Notes: a model not told the origin generated them from the letters alone. 64,000 bases of DNA from Patescibacteria group bacterium UBA5738 (GCA_002419295.1 DIFW01000017.1:57099-121098); one strand, 5' to 3'; counted from the first letter of the stretch, positions 20,311 through 30,421 are shown. Translations and numbers: made by a program.

Positions 20311-21789
20311 ATGACTTCCAAAACCAACTTAATAACTCGGCCGCCGGTGGTCGTAGTGATGGGCCATGTGGATCACGGTAAAACATCCATATTGGATTAT
20401 ATCCGCAAAACTCATATCGCCGATCGCGAATCCGGCGGCATCACCCAGCACATTGGCGCGTCGGTTGCCGAGTTTAAGGGCAAAACCATCACTTTCATCG
20501 ACACTCCCGGCCATGAGGCGTTTTCGCAAATGCGCGCGCGCGGCGCGAAAATCGCCGATATCGCGGTTTTGGTGGTTGCCGCCGAAGAAGGATGCAAACC
20601 TCAAACCAAGGAAGCGGCGGCGGCAATCAAAAAAGCCGGACTGCCCGTGATCGTGGCAATGAACAAAGCCGATTTGCCGCAAGCAAATATCGACAAAGTA
20701 AAACGCGATCTGGAAAAAGAAGATCTCTTGGTTGAAGATTGGGGCGGCAATGTGCCCGCCATCAGCGTTTCGGCAAAAACCGGCCAAGGAATCGATGAAT
20801 TGCTGGAAATGATTTTATTGGTGGCGGAAATGGAAAACTTCCAAGCCGATTTGAGCGCGGCGGCGGAAGGAATCGTTATTGAATCTTCTTTGGACCATCG
20901 CCGGGGGCCCAGCGCCGCGATTTTGCTTCAAAACGGCATCCTGAATTGCGGGCAGATCATCGGCACCGCTTCAACTTTCGGCAGAATAAAATCATTGGAA
21001 GATTTTTGCGGCAAAAAAACAAACCGCGTCGAGCCGTCTTTTCCGGCAGTGGCAACCGGTTTTGAATCCGTGCCGATCACCGGCGAACCCTTCCGCGCGT
21101 TCAATACCGTTCAGGAAGCGCAAGATTTTATAAAAAGCGCCGCGGCAAATCCCGCGGAAACGGCGGAAAATCAGGAAGGCCGCAAAATTTTCAAAATTAT
21201 CGTCAAAGCCGATGTTTTGGGAACATTGGAAGTTTTGCGGGAAACCATCGGCCAAATTCCGGCAACCGGCGATGTTTCCATCGAAATAATCGGTGGCGGC
21301 GCCGGAGAAATAAATCTAAACGATGTTAAAATGGCAAAGGGAGGCAATACCACAATCATCGGATTTAGAGTTAAAATCAATCCCGACGCCAAAGCGATGG
21401 CCGAACGGGAGAAAATCCGCGTGATGAATTTTGATGTTATCTACGAAATGATTGAATGGTTGCGCTTGTATATGGAAAAAATAAAAACGCCGCAAATCTC
21501 GCGCAAGGATTTGGGCAAATTGAAAGTTTTGTTGAGCTTTTGGGCCGATAAAAACCGGCAGATTGTGGGCGGGAAAATTGTTTCCGGAGAAGTGAAAAAA
21601 GGCGTGAAAATAGAAGTTTTCCGCAATGAAGAATCAATCGGGCAGGGCCGCTTGATCAATCTGCAAAAAAACAAGAAAGATATCGCCGCCGCCGGCAAGG
21701 GCGATGAAGTGGGGATTCTCTACGAAGGGCGGGAAAAAATCCAAGAGGGCGACCAATTGGTGTTCTATATTCATGAAAAAAACCTCTAA
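20311..21789 (+). CDS. infB: Translation initiation factor IF-2 (short form)
   Basis: [37 protein letters not shown]; lacks the long N-domain. Confidence 0.96.
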   Translation: MTSKTNLITRPPVVVVMGHVDHGKTSILDYIRKTHIADRESGGITQHIGASVAEFKGKTITFIDTPGHEAFSQMRARGAKIADIAVLVVAAEEGCKPQTKEAAAAIKKAGLPVIVAMNKADLPQANIDKVKRDLEKEDLLVEDWGGNVPAISVSAKTGQGIDELLEMILLVAEMENFQADLSAAAEGIVIESSLDHRRGPSAAILLQNGILNCGQIIGTASTFGRIKSLEDFCGKKTNRVEPSFPAVATGFESVPITGEPFRAFNTVQEAQDFIKSAAANPAETAENQEGRKIFKIIVKADVLGTLEVLRETIGQIPATGDVSIEIIGGGAGEINLNDVKMAKGGNTTIIGFRVKINPDAKAMAEREKIRVMNFDVIYEMIEWLRLYMEKIKTPQISRKDLGKLKVLLSFWADKNRQIVGGKIVSGEVKKGVKIEVFRNEESIGQGRLINLQKNKKDIAAAGKGDEVGILYEGREKIQEGDQLVFYIHEKNL

Positions 21790-21790
21790 T

Positions 21791-22132
21791 ATGTCCGAGC
21801 ACCGGATTGAAAAAATAGAATCGCTTCTGCGCCAAATTTTGGCCGAAATGCTCCAGCGGGAATTCATCCCTCCCGCAGGCGCGATCGTATCGCTCACGCA
21901 AGTGTCCGCCAGCGGCAATCTTCAAGAAGCCAAAGTTTATATCAGCATCATCCCCGACTCCGCCGCCGAACCGGTTTTCCGACGGTTGGCGCGCGGCGTT
22001 CGCTTTTTCCAAAGCGCCGTCAACAAAAAATTAAAAATGCGCCCGGTGCCAAAAATCATATTTGTCCTTGACCAGCAAGGCCGGCAAGCGCAAAATGTGG
22101 AAACCATCCTGGAACAATTGAAAAAAAACTGA
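21791..22132 (+). CDS. rbfA: Ribosome-binding factor A
   Basis: Follows infB; R.EKI.SLL, AKVYIS, MRPVPKIIF. Confidence 0.9.
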   Translation: MSEHRIEKIESLLRQILAEMLQREFIPPAGAIVSLTQVSASGNLQEAKVYISIIPDSAAEPVFRRLARGVRFFQSAVNKKLKMRPVPKIIFVLDQQGRQAQNVETILEQLKKN

Positions 22133-22187
22133 TTTTGTATTAAATTCTACTCATCCCTCGCCGCTCATTGCTCATCAACTATCCCAT

Positions 22188-22262
22188 GGCCAGGTAGCCA
22201 AGCAGTAAGGCAACGGTCTGCAAAACCGTTATGCATGGGTGCAATTCCCATCCTGGCCTCCA
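22188..22262 (+). tRNA. tRNA-Cys(GCA)
   Basis: GGCCAGG/CCTGGCC-T-CCA; ACGGT-CTGCAAA-ACCGT. Confidence 0.95.
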
Positions 22263-22348
22263 ACAAATTTAAAATTGTAAAATCAAAATTCCGCAAGGAA
22301 TTTTGCCTTAATTTTTAATTTTGATTTTTAAACTTTAAACTTTCACGC

Positions 22349-22435
22349 GCCCGGGTGGTGGAATCGGCATACACGAGGGACTTAAAATCCCTTGGGAGCA
22401 ATCTCGTGTGGGTTCAAGTCCCACCCCGGGCACCA
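22349..22435 (+). tRNA. tRNA-Leu(UAA)
   Basis: GCCCGGG/CCCGGGC-A-CCA; AGGGA-CTTAAAA-TCCCT; variable arm. Confidence 0.95.
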
Positions 22436-22482
22436 ACGAATAACTAAACTTAAAGACTAGCGAATCAATAATTGCCATTACC

Positions 22483-22520
22483 AAAAAACCGCCCCTCGCA
22501 TACGCTCGGGACGGTTTTTT
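22483..22520. terminator. Bidirectional intrinsic terminator
   Basis: AAAAAACCG.CCC...GGG.CGGTTTTTT between convergent tRNA and 3D genes. Confidence 0.7.
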
Positions 22521-22535
22521 GTTCGATATTAAATT

Positions 22536-23114
22536 TTACTTTTCCAAAACTTCCACATAGGCGTATTTCACGCCGAAGTTTTTCGCTTGCTCATAGGTGG
22601 GGAACCAAATGTCAAAATGGTAGCCGCCCTTTCTTTGGTGCATCCTGTCTTGGACCGAAAACACTTTGTCCCCGAATAATTCAGGAATCCGGATTTCGGT
22701 ACCAAAGGGCAAGCCGTTGTTGGCCACAATGCCATCACGGACATAAGTGCCGTTGGCAGTGATAAACGGCGTGCTGTCGGTCTGTTCCGCAGTACTGGAA
22801 TAGGCGGTTAAAACCACCCTCATCCGGCGCGTTGCCTCCTTGTCCGCCGCCAAATCATTGTTTTTGGAGCAAACATTCGCCGGAGTTTTAATTTCCAAAA
22901 ATACCGCCCGGGAAATCATCTTGCCGCAAAATTTAAATTCCTCGGCATTCCCATAGGCCACAATCTCCTGAACCGGAGCGTCCGGCGGCGAAAACAAGCT
23001 CTCTTGCGCCTCCACGCCGCTGAAACGAAGACCCAGCCACAAACCGTAAACGGCACCCAAAATGAAAACGAGCAAGCTTCGGCTTAAAACCGGCAAAACA
23101 AAACGGATACTCAT
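22536..23114 (-). CDS. 3D-domain (MltA-like) cell-wall protein
   Basis: N-terminal TM; TAYSS...QTDSTPFITANG, LPFGT, VQDRM, FDIW. Confidence 0.85.
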   Translation of the reverse strand: MSIRFVLPVLSRSLLVFILGAVYGLWLGLRFSGVEAQESLFSPPDAPVQEIVAYGNAEEFKFCGKMISRAVFLEIKTPANVCSKNNDLAADKEATRRMRVVLTAYSSTAEQTDSTPFITANGTYVRDGIVANNGLPFGTEIRIPELFGDKVFSVQDRMHQRKGGYHFDIWFPTYEQAKNFGVKYAYVEVLEK

Positions 23115-23257
23115 AATTTATTCGGTCATAGATGCCTTTCTATACCGCGGTTAGGGTTTAAATCCTCCTCGCGTTCATATTGATTCAAAATGAACGCCAA
23201 ACCCGCCTTATTCATCGCGACGCCATCAATTCTATTCTAAAACCAAGAATTTGTCAA
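23115..23257 (-). promoter_or_regulatory. Promoter plus structured 5' leader of the 3D gene
   Basis: TTGACA-N17-TAGAAT (23257-23229); leader helices GGGTTT/AAACCC, GCGTTCAT/ATGAACGC, CGGTATAGA/TCTATGACCG. Confidence 0.6.
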
Positions 23258-23367
23258 TACCCGCGCAAGCTCAAAAGTGCCAAAAACATTGACATTTTAA
23301 ATTTGACAAAATTTAAAAAAAGACGCTAAAAAATGCCAATTCGCATCGCCGGGGCGCGAACAAGCCG

Positions 23368-24651
23368 CTAATCCGGCCAATAAACTGCGGCTAACGATTG
23401 CAAAACAACGCTTTTGTCGCTCCACGGCAGTTTTTTGCCGCCGGCCACGCACATTGATTCCTCGCACCCCTTGCCGGTGATAATCACTCTGTCGCCGGAT
23501 TCGGCGGATTTTATCGCTTGATTGATCGCTTCTCGGCGATCAATGATTTTTTTAACGCCGGTATCGTTGCCGGCGATTTCATTGATAATTTTCAACGGAT
23601 CTTCATCATAGGGGTCTTCATTGGTAACAAAAACCAAATTACAGTATTTTTTAGCCAACCCTCCCATAACCGGCCGCTTCCACTTGTCCCGGCCGCCGCC
23701 GCAAGCCCCCAACACGCAAATCAATTTTCCCTTAAAATCGGATTTCATCGTTTGGTAGGCCTTTTCCAGCGAATCGGGTGTCACGGCGTAATCCACAAAA
23801 ACTTCAAACGGGTCAACGGACATTCTCTCCATTCTCCCGGGAATCGTTTCGATTTTTACCAACGCATCCCTGCAGACTTTCAGAGAAATATTTTGTGAAC
23901 GGGCGACACAGATCGCGGCCAACGCGTTGTAAATATTAAATTTTCCGGGCAATCGCAAATTAAAACGGCAACCGGTAGCTTCAAAGGAAGAACCGGCGGA
24001 AGAAACCGCCAAATGACGCGCGAAAATATGGCCGCGATCATCATCCGGACGGTCGTCCGCGGCAATCCCGTAAACATATTTTTCGCGCGCGAAAAATCCG
24101 GAGAAAAAACCATAATTGGCGTCATCGGCGTTTAAAATATGGATTTGGCGGCACGACGCGAAGAGATTGCCCTTGGCGCCGCGATATTTTTCAAAGCCGC
24201 CATGCGATTCAATGTGCTCAAGGGAAACATTGGTGATAACCGCGGCCGTAAAATCAATAAATCGGTGCCGGTACTGCTTAATCCCTTCGGAACTCACCTC
24301 AACCACCGCATATTGGCATCCGCTATTCGCGGCATCGCGCAAAAATTTTTGCAACGCGAATCTGCCGGGCATGGTCATTCTTGACTGATTCTTCCATGCC
24401 TTGCCGCCAACCCTGAATTCAATCGAAGAAGAAAGCGCGGGGTTTTTCCCCGCCTCCGACAAAATCCGCGCGATCATCATTGCGGTGGTGGATTTGCCGT
24501 TGGTGCCGGTCACGCCGATAACTTTCAATTTGCGTGAAGGAAACCGGTAAAAAATCGCGGCGGCGAACGCCAACAAAAAGTGGTAGCCGCCGACAATAAA
24601 TCCGGGCATTATTTTTTTAGCCGCCGTTTTGATCCGATTTAGAATCGCCAT
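23368..24651 (-). CDS. murE: UDP-N-acetylmuramyl-tripeptide synthetase
   Basis: GVTGTNGKSTT, EVSSEG, PGRME, GGRDKWKRP, NEDPYDE, GKG.E; start uncertain. Confidence 0.9.
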   Translation of the reverse strand: MAILNRIKTAAKKIMPGFIVGGYHFLLAFAAAIFYRFPSRKLKVIGVTGTNGKSTTAMMIARILSEAGKNPALSSSIEFRVGGKAWKNQSRMTMPGRFALQKFLRDAANSGCQYAVVEVSSEGIKQYRHRFIDFTAAVITNVSLEHIESHGGFEKYRGAKGNLFASCRQIHILNADDANYGFFSGFFAREKYVYGIAADDRPDDDRGHIFARHLAVSSAGSSFEATGCRFNLRLPGKFNIYNALAAICVARSQNISLKVCRDALVKIETIPGRMERMSVDPFEVFVDYAVTPDSLEKAYQTMKSDFKGKLICVLGACGGGRDKWKRPVMGGLAKKYCNLVFVTNEDPYDEDPLKIINEIAGNDTGVKKIIDRREAINQAIKSAESGDRVIITGKGCEESMCVAGGKKLPWSDKSVVLQSLAAVYWPD

Positions 24652-24780
24652 ATCGCCAATTATAGCCAAAACGCTTGCAAAAATCAAAAATTATGATATA
24701 GTTTGCTTTGTCGGTCTTTAATTTTCCGATATTCCCGTTCTTGGCGGGATGCGCCCGGGCGCATAATTTTAACGCAAAAT

Positions 24781-25044
24781 ATGCCAATCATAAAGTCAGC
24801 AAAAAAAGCCCTGCGGCAAAATGTGGCGCGGCGCAAAAAAAACAAAGCGTGCAAACAAAAAATCAAATCGCTGGTAAAAGACGCGCGCACGGCGATTGGC
24901 GGCAAAAACGCTTCAGAGGCGCAAAAAAATTTGCCGGCCATCTACAAAGCATTGGACAAAGCCGCTAAAACCGGAGTCATCAAAAAAAACACAGCGGCAA
25001 GAAAAAAATCGCGCATTACCAAACTAATTAAAAAACTCTCCTAA
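24781..25044 (+). CDS. rpsT: 30S ribosomal protein S20
   Basis: MPIIKSAKKALRQ...LDKAAKTGVIKKNTAARKKSR. Confidence 0.97.
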   Translation: MPIIKSAKKALRQNVARRKKNKACKQKIKSLVKDARTAIGGKNASEAQKNLPAIYKALDKAAKTGVIKKNTAARKKSRITKLIKKLS

Positions 25045-25057
25045 CAACGAGAGTTTT

Positions 25058-25972
25058 TTATAAGGCCGCGACCAACAAATCCAGACCGGCGAGAGCGTCT
25101 ATCTTTCCGGTTTTGATGTCAAAATCGGCTTGGCGAATCAAAAAATAATCTTTCTTTAAGCGCGCCGCTTCAAAGCGGCGCGCTTGCGCGACGGTTTTGG
25201 CAAAAACATAAGGGTGCATTCCCAATCGCCGCGCTCCCGCGGCGGAAAAATTTTTGACCAAAAGCAAATTCTTGAATTGTCCGGCGATCATCGCCAGAAG
25301 ATAAAGAGGATGATCGCCGCGGGCGATGTGGCGCCGGATCATTGCGATCGCCTCTTTTTTGTTTTGTCCGGCCAGCGCGTCAACGGTTTGAAAAATGTTA
25401 TTTTCAAAAACCGCGGAAATGTTTTTTTCAATATCGGCGGAAGTAATTTTGCGGCCGGCGGCAAAATTGACCAATTTCCTTATTTCATTGGCAACAAGCC
25501 AAAGATCGTTCCCCAACCGGCGGGCCAAAAGCGGCGCGATGCCGGCGCTTTCCGGACGGCCCAAGGCGGCAAGCTCCGCCGCAATCCACTGCTCCAGATC
25601 CGCACCACCCAAAGGAATAAATTCTTGGACTTGTCCGGCCTTGGAAAGCGCTTTCAGAAAGCGATCCGCTTTCAAAACCTTGCCCTTTTGGCAAAATAAA
25701 ATGTTATTGGGTGAAGCCGAAATTTCACCAATCCTGCCAATAATCGCCTCTTTAAATTCTTTGCTTGCAATTGGATTTTTGACAATGAAAAATTTTTTGG
25801 CGGCAAAAAGCGACGGTTGGAAAAAAGCGCGGAAAAAATCATGCGCGGAAATATCTTCCGCGTCAAAGACCGCAAAGTCCGATCCCTTTGACCGGTTTTT
25901 GTATTCGGAAACTATTTGTTTCATTTTCCGGCCAAGCCGGAGAGTGTCGGCGCCGTAAAGAAAAATCAGCAT
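25058..25972 (-). CDS. holA: DNA polymerase III subunit delta
   Basis: MLIFLYG.D, SLF, G.DLW..NEI.KL, NIFQ.VDA, HPY, DFDIKTG. Confidence 0.9.
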   Translation of the reverse strand: MLIFLYGADTLRLGRKMKQIVSEYKNRSKGSDFAVFDAEDISAHDFFRAFFQPSLFAAKKFFIVKNPIASKEFKEAIIGRIGEISASPNNILFCQKGKVLKADRFLKALSKAGQVQEFIPLGGADLEQWIAAELAALGRPESAGIAPLLARRLGNDLWLVANEIRKLVNFAAGRKITSADIEKNISAVFENNIFQTVDALAGQNKKEAIAMIRRHIARGDHPLYLLAMIAGQFKNLLLVKNFSAAGARRLGMHPYVFAKTVAQARRFEAARLKKDYFLIRQADFDIKTGKIDALAGLDLLVAAL

Positions 25973-25982
25973 CGTGTCCCGA

Positions 25983-26351
25983 TTATTTGAGAATATTCCT
26001 CACTTTTTCGATAATCTCGCCGGGAGTAAAGTGCGCCTTAATCAAGTAATCCACGGCCCCCAAGCTTAATCCCTTGTCCACATCTTCTTTCTGTCCCAAA
26101 TTTGACAGGATGACTACCGGAATTGACGCGGTGAACGGATCTTCTCTTTTTTGAGTTAGAACTTCAAATCCGTCGATGCCGGGCAAAATCAAATCCAAAA
26201 GCACCAATTCGGGATGGCCTTCTTTTATCTGGAGCAACCCTTGCTCCCCGTCAACCGCCTCCAACACATCATAGCCTTCGTTTGACAATTTTTTGACGAT
26301 CAATTCCCGCAGAAATTTATCGTCTTCCACAATAAGAATTTTTCTTGGCAT
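25983..26351 (-). CDS. Single-domain response regulator
   Basis: KILIVEDD, LLDLILPGIDG, ILSN, YLIK; no output domain. Confidence 0.93.
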   Translation of the reverse strand: MPRKILIVEDDKFLRELIVKKLSNEGYDVLEAVDGEQGLLQIKEGHPELVLLDLILPGIDGFEVLTQKREDPFTASIPVVILSNLGQKEDVDKGLSLGAVDYLIKAHFTPGEIIEKVRNILK

Positions 26352-26367
26352 AGGTAATAAAAACAAA

Positions 26368-26736
26368 CTATTCCCCGATGTATTTTTGAATTTTATCAGC
26401 CACCTCTTTGGGATCAAACTCCGTCTTAACCAGCCAATCGGCCGCTCCCAGTTCTTTTGCTCTTTCCAGCTCAAGCGGCTGGCCGGAATTGGAAATGATG
26501 ATCACCGGTATTTTCGCGAGCTTTTCATCTTTTTTCATCTCCGCCATCACCTCAAACCCGCCCATGCGCGGCATCACGATATCAAGCAAAACCAAATCGG
26601 GCATATTCTCCCTCATTTTCTCAATTCCTTCCTGGCCGTTCATCGCCAACGCCACATCATAACCGGCGGCATCAAGCTTTTTGCTCAAAAGCTTGATGAT
26701 CAATTCCTCGTCTTCGATTAGTAAAATTTTTTTCAT
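26368..26736 (-). CDS. Single-domain response regulator
   Basis: KILLIEDE, LLDIVMP, IISN, WLVK; no output domain. Confidence 0.93.
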   Translation of the reverse strand: MKKILLIEDEELIIKLLSKKLDAAGYDVALAMNGQEGIEKMRENMPDLVLLDIVMPRMGGFEVMAEMKKDEKLAKIPVIIISNSGQPLELERAKELGAADWLVKTEFDPKEVADKIQKYIGE

Positions 26737-26779
26737 AGCCTTTTGTGATATTATAACCCTTGACGCAAAAAGAATCAAA

Positions 26780-28189
26780 TCAAGCCTCAATCAGCGGATC
26801 TGGGGCGGGCGGCAAAGTAAAAGAAAACGCGGTTCCTTCGTCTTTTTTGGAAACAAAGCCGATACTGCCGCCGTGGGTTTCCACAATATTCTTCGCGATA
26901 AAAAGCCCCAGCCCGGTACCTTCGGTTTCCGCTTTGATCGCGTTGGCTCCGCGAAAATATTTGGTAAAAACCCGATTTTGCTGCTCTTCGGGAATGCCTA
27001 TCCCGGTATCTTTCACCTCAAGAAAAACCATCCCCTCTTCTTCACCGAGAGTAACAAAAATATTGCCGCCGGCAGGCGTGTATTTCAACGCGTTTTCAAT
27101 TAGATTTGAAATCACCAGCTTGATTTTTTCAAGGTCCACTTTCACCGGAGGAATAATCGGCGAAATTTTCTCAAAATTTAATTTCAATTTCTTTTGCCGG
27201 GCGATATCTTCATAATTCGCCATTAAGCCGGCGACAACCTCTTCCATATCCGCAATCGTCAAAGTGTAAAGATGGCGGCCTTCTTCAATACGCGTCACAT
27301 TCAACAGATCATTGATCAAGTTGATCATCCTTTCGTTCGATTTGTATGTCTTGTCTAAAAATTCTTCCTGCTCTTCGTTGATCGGTCCCAAATCGCCGTC
27401 CAAAATCATCCGCAGTGTCCATTTAATCGCCGAAATCGGCGTGCGCAACTGGTGTGCGGCGATGGAAACAAATTCGGTTTTCATTTTTTCCACCATTTTT
27501 TCACGGCTGATATCATGCACGAGCAAAATCGTACCGATTTTTCCGGCGTGCCCGGCAACCTCCAAAACGCTTACTTCAAAAACATTTTTTTCATCCAAAA
27601 ATAATTCTTTGCGCGAGATATTCGCCAAGCCGTCGCCCATCAGCTTTCCCAGCAATTTAAGCTTGGGCGCGCGAAAACATTCGGCAATGCTTTGCCCGGT
27701 CATATTTTTGCTTTCTATGCGGGTAATGCCAAAAAAAGATTCCATTCGGGGATTAATCAGCGCCAACCGGTCGTGATGGTCAAAAAACATCAGTCCGTCC
27801 GCCAGAGCGGTGATTATCGCCAAAGTTTTTTCCTTTTCTTCTTCGGCCCGGCGGCGCAAATCTTCCATATCTTCAAGCATATTCATCAGCGCCATGCGGG
27901 AATTCTCCGATTCTTCCACTTTTTGCCGCAATTCTTGGGTGCGCGCCTTCACCTCCTCCTCCAACCCCGAAGCAAGGTCCCGCAACGCTTTTGTCTTCGC
28001 ATTGACTCTTATTTCTAAAATATTTTTGGCTTCTTCCAATTGAGATTTGACCTCGTTGAGTTCGCGAATTTCATCGGCGCGGGAAGGCAAAACCGGCTCC
28101 GATTCGTTGCCGGAACCTTTCGCGCCGCTTGGGAACACCGCCTTTTCGGGGCGCGGAATATTGTTTTTATCAATTAACGGCTGGTTCAT
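26780..28189 (-). CDS. Soluble PAS histidine kinase with N-terminal S-helix coiled coil
   Basis: H-box AHQLRTP, N-box NLIENALKY, DTGIGI, GTGLGL; no TM segment. Confidence 0.93.
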   Translation of the reverse strand: MNQPLIDKNNIPRPEKAVFPSGAKGSGNESEPVLPSRADEIRELNEVKSQLEEAKNILEIRVNAKTKALRDLASGLEEEVKARTQELRQKVEESENSRMALMNMLEDMEDLRRRAEEEKEKTLAIITALADGLMFFDHHDRLALINPRMESFFGITRIESKNMTGQSIAECFRAPKLKLLGKLMGDGLANISRKELFLDEKNVFEVSVLEVAGHAGKIGTILLVHDISREKMVEKMKTEFVSIAAHQLRTPISAIKWTLRMILDGDLGPINEEQEEFLDKTYKSNERMINLINDLLNVTRIEEGRHLYTLTIADMEEVVAGLMANYEDIARQKKLKLNFEKISPIIPPVKVDLEKIKLVISNLIENALKYTPAGGNIFVTLGEEEGMVFLEVKDTGIGIPEEQQNRVFTKYFRGANAIKAETEGTGLGLFIAKNIVETHGGSIGFVSKKDEGTAFSFTLPPAPDPLIEA

Positions 28190-29411
28190 TTTGTTTTTTT
28201 TCTTTAACCATTGCCGCTTGCAATCGCGCTATCTCTTGTTTTAATTCCATCATTTTCAGTTCGCGGCCAACGGTAATTTTTTGGAAAATTTCCAAATCTT
28301 TGATTTTCGATTCAAGGTCTTTGGTGCGCTCCGCCACCCTGTCTTCCAAAGTTCGATTCAATATCTCCAACTCTTTGGTGCGGGCGCTGACGCGCGCCTC
28401 CAAAGCCGCGTTCGCTTCTTCCAAATTGACTCTGGCATGCTCCAGCGCATGGGTTCTCTGCGCGACTTTTTGTTCCAGCGCTTCTTTTTCGCGATATTCT
28501 TGAACGGTGCTTTGCACCAAAACATAGCCAAAAACGCAAAAAAGGATAAAAAGCACGATTAAAAGCGCTTGTTGCCACAAAACCTCCACAAAAATAGGCA
28601 TCACCAATAAACTCGCGCCCATCAATCCCACAAAAACTTCCACCAAAATAATCTTGATGCCGTACAATTTATCCCTTATCGCCCGATAAATCGCATACCC
28701 CAGAAAAACGGCAATAATATAATCCGCAAAAATCGCAAAAAAACCGATGTATCCCCAAAATTCTCCGCGCGCCGCACCGATAATGTTAAACACCAGATTA
28801 AACAGCCCGAAAATCGCCGCCGGCAATAAAATTGCTTGAGCTTTTTGCCGATTTTGAAGATCGGCAAAACGGCGGTTGCGCGACAATTCTCGAAAAGATA
28901 ATGCCAGCGTCGCGGCGGCGGCAATCGCATATGGCCAAAAAAGAGGTCCGGCGGCAATCCATGAAGCAACTGAAAAATTTTTGTCGAAAAACGATTCGGC
29001 GGCAATCAAAGGAGTGAAGGACGCGGCGAAGAAAAACGACCAAACCGCAATGTTGATATTGTTTTTGCGCCGCTGTTTTTTATCAAGAGGATTGGCCGCG
29101 GGAAAATTCAAAACAAAAGAATAAAACGCGGCGAAAAAAATCGCCAGCAGGGCATATATCCCCCGGAATACCCACAACGATGCGGCGGAAGCGATTTCCA
29201 AAGGAAAAATCACTCCGGATTGCGCGCTCAAGAAATCAAAATCAATCCAAAGTAAGACATAAAAAACCCCCGCCAGAAACAACCGTCCGGAACGAGTGCG
29301 CCAATTGGCCGCGTATGCCCATAGAATTAATTGCAATCCCGCGACATTGACCAGAAAAAACAGCAACTTGCCGATCAGCGCGAAAATATTAATTATATTG
29401 ATAAAATCCAT
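28170..29411 (-). CDS. Multi-pass membrane sensor with C-terminal S-helix repeats and no kinase domain
   Basis: About 9 TM segments, then three LE..V..RT..LE repeats and terminal VGRELKMMELK. Confidence 0.75.
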   Translation of the reverse strand: MDFINIINIFALIGKLLFFLVNVAGLQLILWAYAANWRTRSGRLFLAGVFYVLLWIDFDFLSAQSGVIFPLEIASAASLWVFRGIYALLAIFFAAFYSFVLNFPAANPLDKKQRRKNNINIAVWSFFFAASFTPLIAAESFFDKNFSVASWIAAGPLFWPYAIAAAATLALSFRELSRNRRFADLQNRQKAQAILLPAAIFGLFNLVFNIIGAARGEFWGYIGFFAIFADYIIAVFLGYAIYRAIRDKLYGIKIILVEVFVGLMGASLLVMPIFVEVLWQQALLIVLFILFCVFGYVLVQSTVQEYREKEALEQKVAQRTHALEHARVNLEEANAALEARVSARTKELEILNRTLEDRVAERTKDLESKIKDLEIFQKITVGRELKMMELKQEIARLQAAMVKEKKQNEPAVN

Positions 29412-29472
29412 CTTCGTTGAAGATATGCTTTTATAATATCATCAAACGCGTGCGGCGAAAAGAAACCATGGA

Positions 29473-30411
29473 TTAAAACAGCGTGCCGTTGCGTCCCGCG
29501 CCGTTTTGCGGCAAGCGCTTGGCAACGCCGGCGAGACCCAAATCCAAAAGCGCGGCGGCGGGCATTTTCCCCGCGAAATTTTTAAACGCGCATTTTTCCA
29601 CCACCGCGCCCACGGGCGCATCGGCAACCATCAGCGCCAATTTTTGAAATTGCAAAATTTTTCCCCGGTTTTGCACAAGAATTTCTTTGATTTTTTCTCC
29701 GCGAGCGCGGTTTCCGAAGCAGAAAGGCTCCCGAGATTCTCTAATTTCGACAAACGCGTTTTCCAAACTGCCGCATTGTTTCAAAATTTCAACCGCCGCC
29801 TTGGGACCGATCCCCGGGGCTCCGGGAATATTGTCCGAAGCATCCCCCGCCAGCGCTTTTAACGCCGGAATTTGCGCGGGCGCAACACCAAAGAATTCTT
29901 TCACCTTTGCCGCATCGTACATTACCGCGTTTTTTATGCCGCGGTTGACAATAAACGCTTTCACATTTTCACCCACCAATTGCAAACTATCGTAATCTCC
30001 GGTGAGAATATAAAAATCAATCGGTTCTTTTTCAGATTCCTTTTGCGCCGCCGCGATCACCGAGGCGATCAAATCATCGGCTTCAAATCCGGCAACAGCA
30101 AACGCCGCGATTCCCAAATCCGGCAACAAATTTTGAATGATCTTCAATTGCGACACCAAATCGGGCGCGGTTGCCGGCCGCTGGGCCTTATAGCCGGCAA
30201 ATTCTTTGTTGCGGAATGTTCCGCCTTTGGTGTCAAAACAAACCGCGAGATAAGCGGGAGAAAAATCCTCCACCGCGCGCAGAAGCGCCAGCATAAATCC
30301 ATGCGCCGCGCCCACCGCCTGCCCCTTTTTATTGGTCAGCGGCGGCATCGCGTGAAACGCGCGGTGCGCCACGGAATTCCCGTCGATGACCACAAATGTC
30401 TTGTTTTTCAT
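29473..30411 (-). CDS. Stand-alone 5'-3' exonuclease (PolA N-terminal domain)
   Basis: IDGNS..HRAFHA, YKAQR, EADD, TGD.D, GDASDNIPG..GIGPK. Confidence 0.92.
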   Translation of the reverse strand: MKNKTFVVIDGNSVAHRAFHAMPPLTNKKGQAVGAAHGFMLALLRAVEDFSPAYLAVCFDTKGGTFRNKEFAGYKAQRPATAPDLVSQLKIIQNLLPDLGIAAFAVAGFEADDLIASVIAAAQKESEKEPIDFYILTGDYDSLQLVGENVKAFIVNRGIKNAVMYDAAKVKEFFGVAPAQIPALKALAGDASDNIPGAPGIGPKAAVEILKQCGSLENAFVEIRESREPFCFGNRARGEKIKEILVQNRGKILQFQKLALMVADAPVGAVVEKCAFKNFAGKMPAAALLDLGLAGVAKRLPQNGAGRNGTLF

Positions 30412-30421
30412 TGCTTTAATT

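Noticed and set aside
29473-30411. Truncated polA pseudogene
   Set aside because: Catalytic acidic motifs are intact and the ORF ends cleanly; stand-alone 5'-3' exonucleases are common
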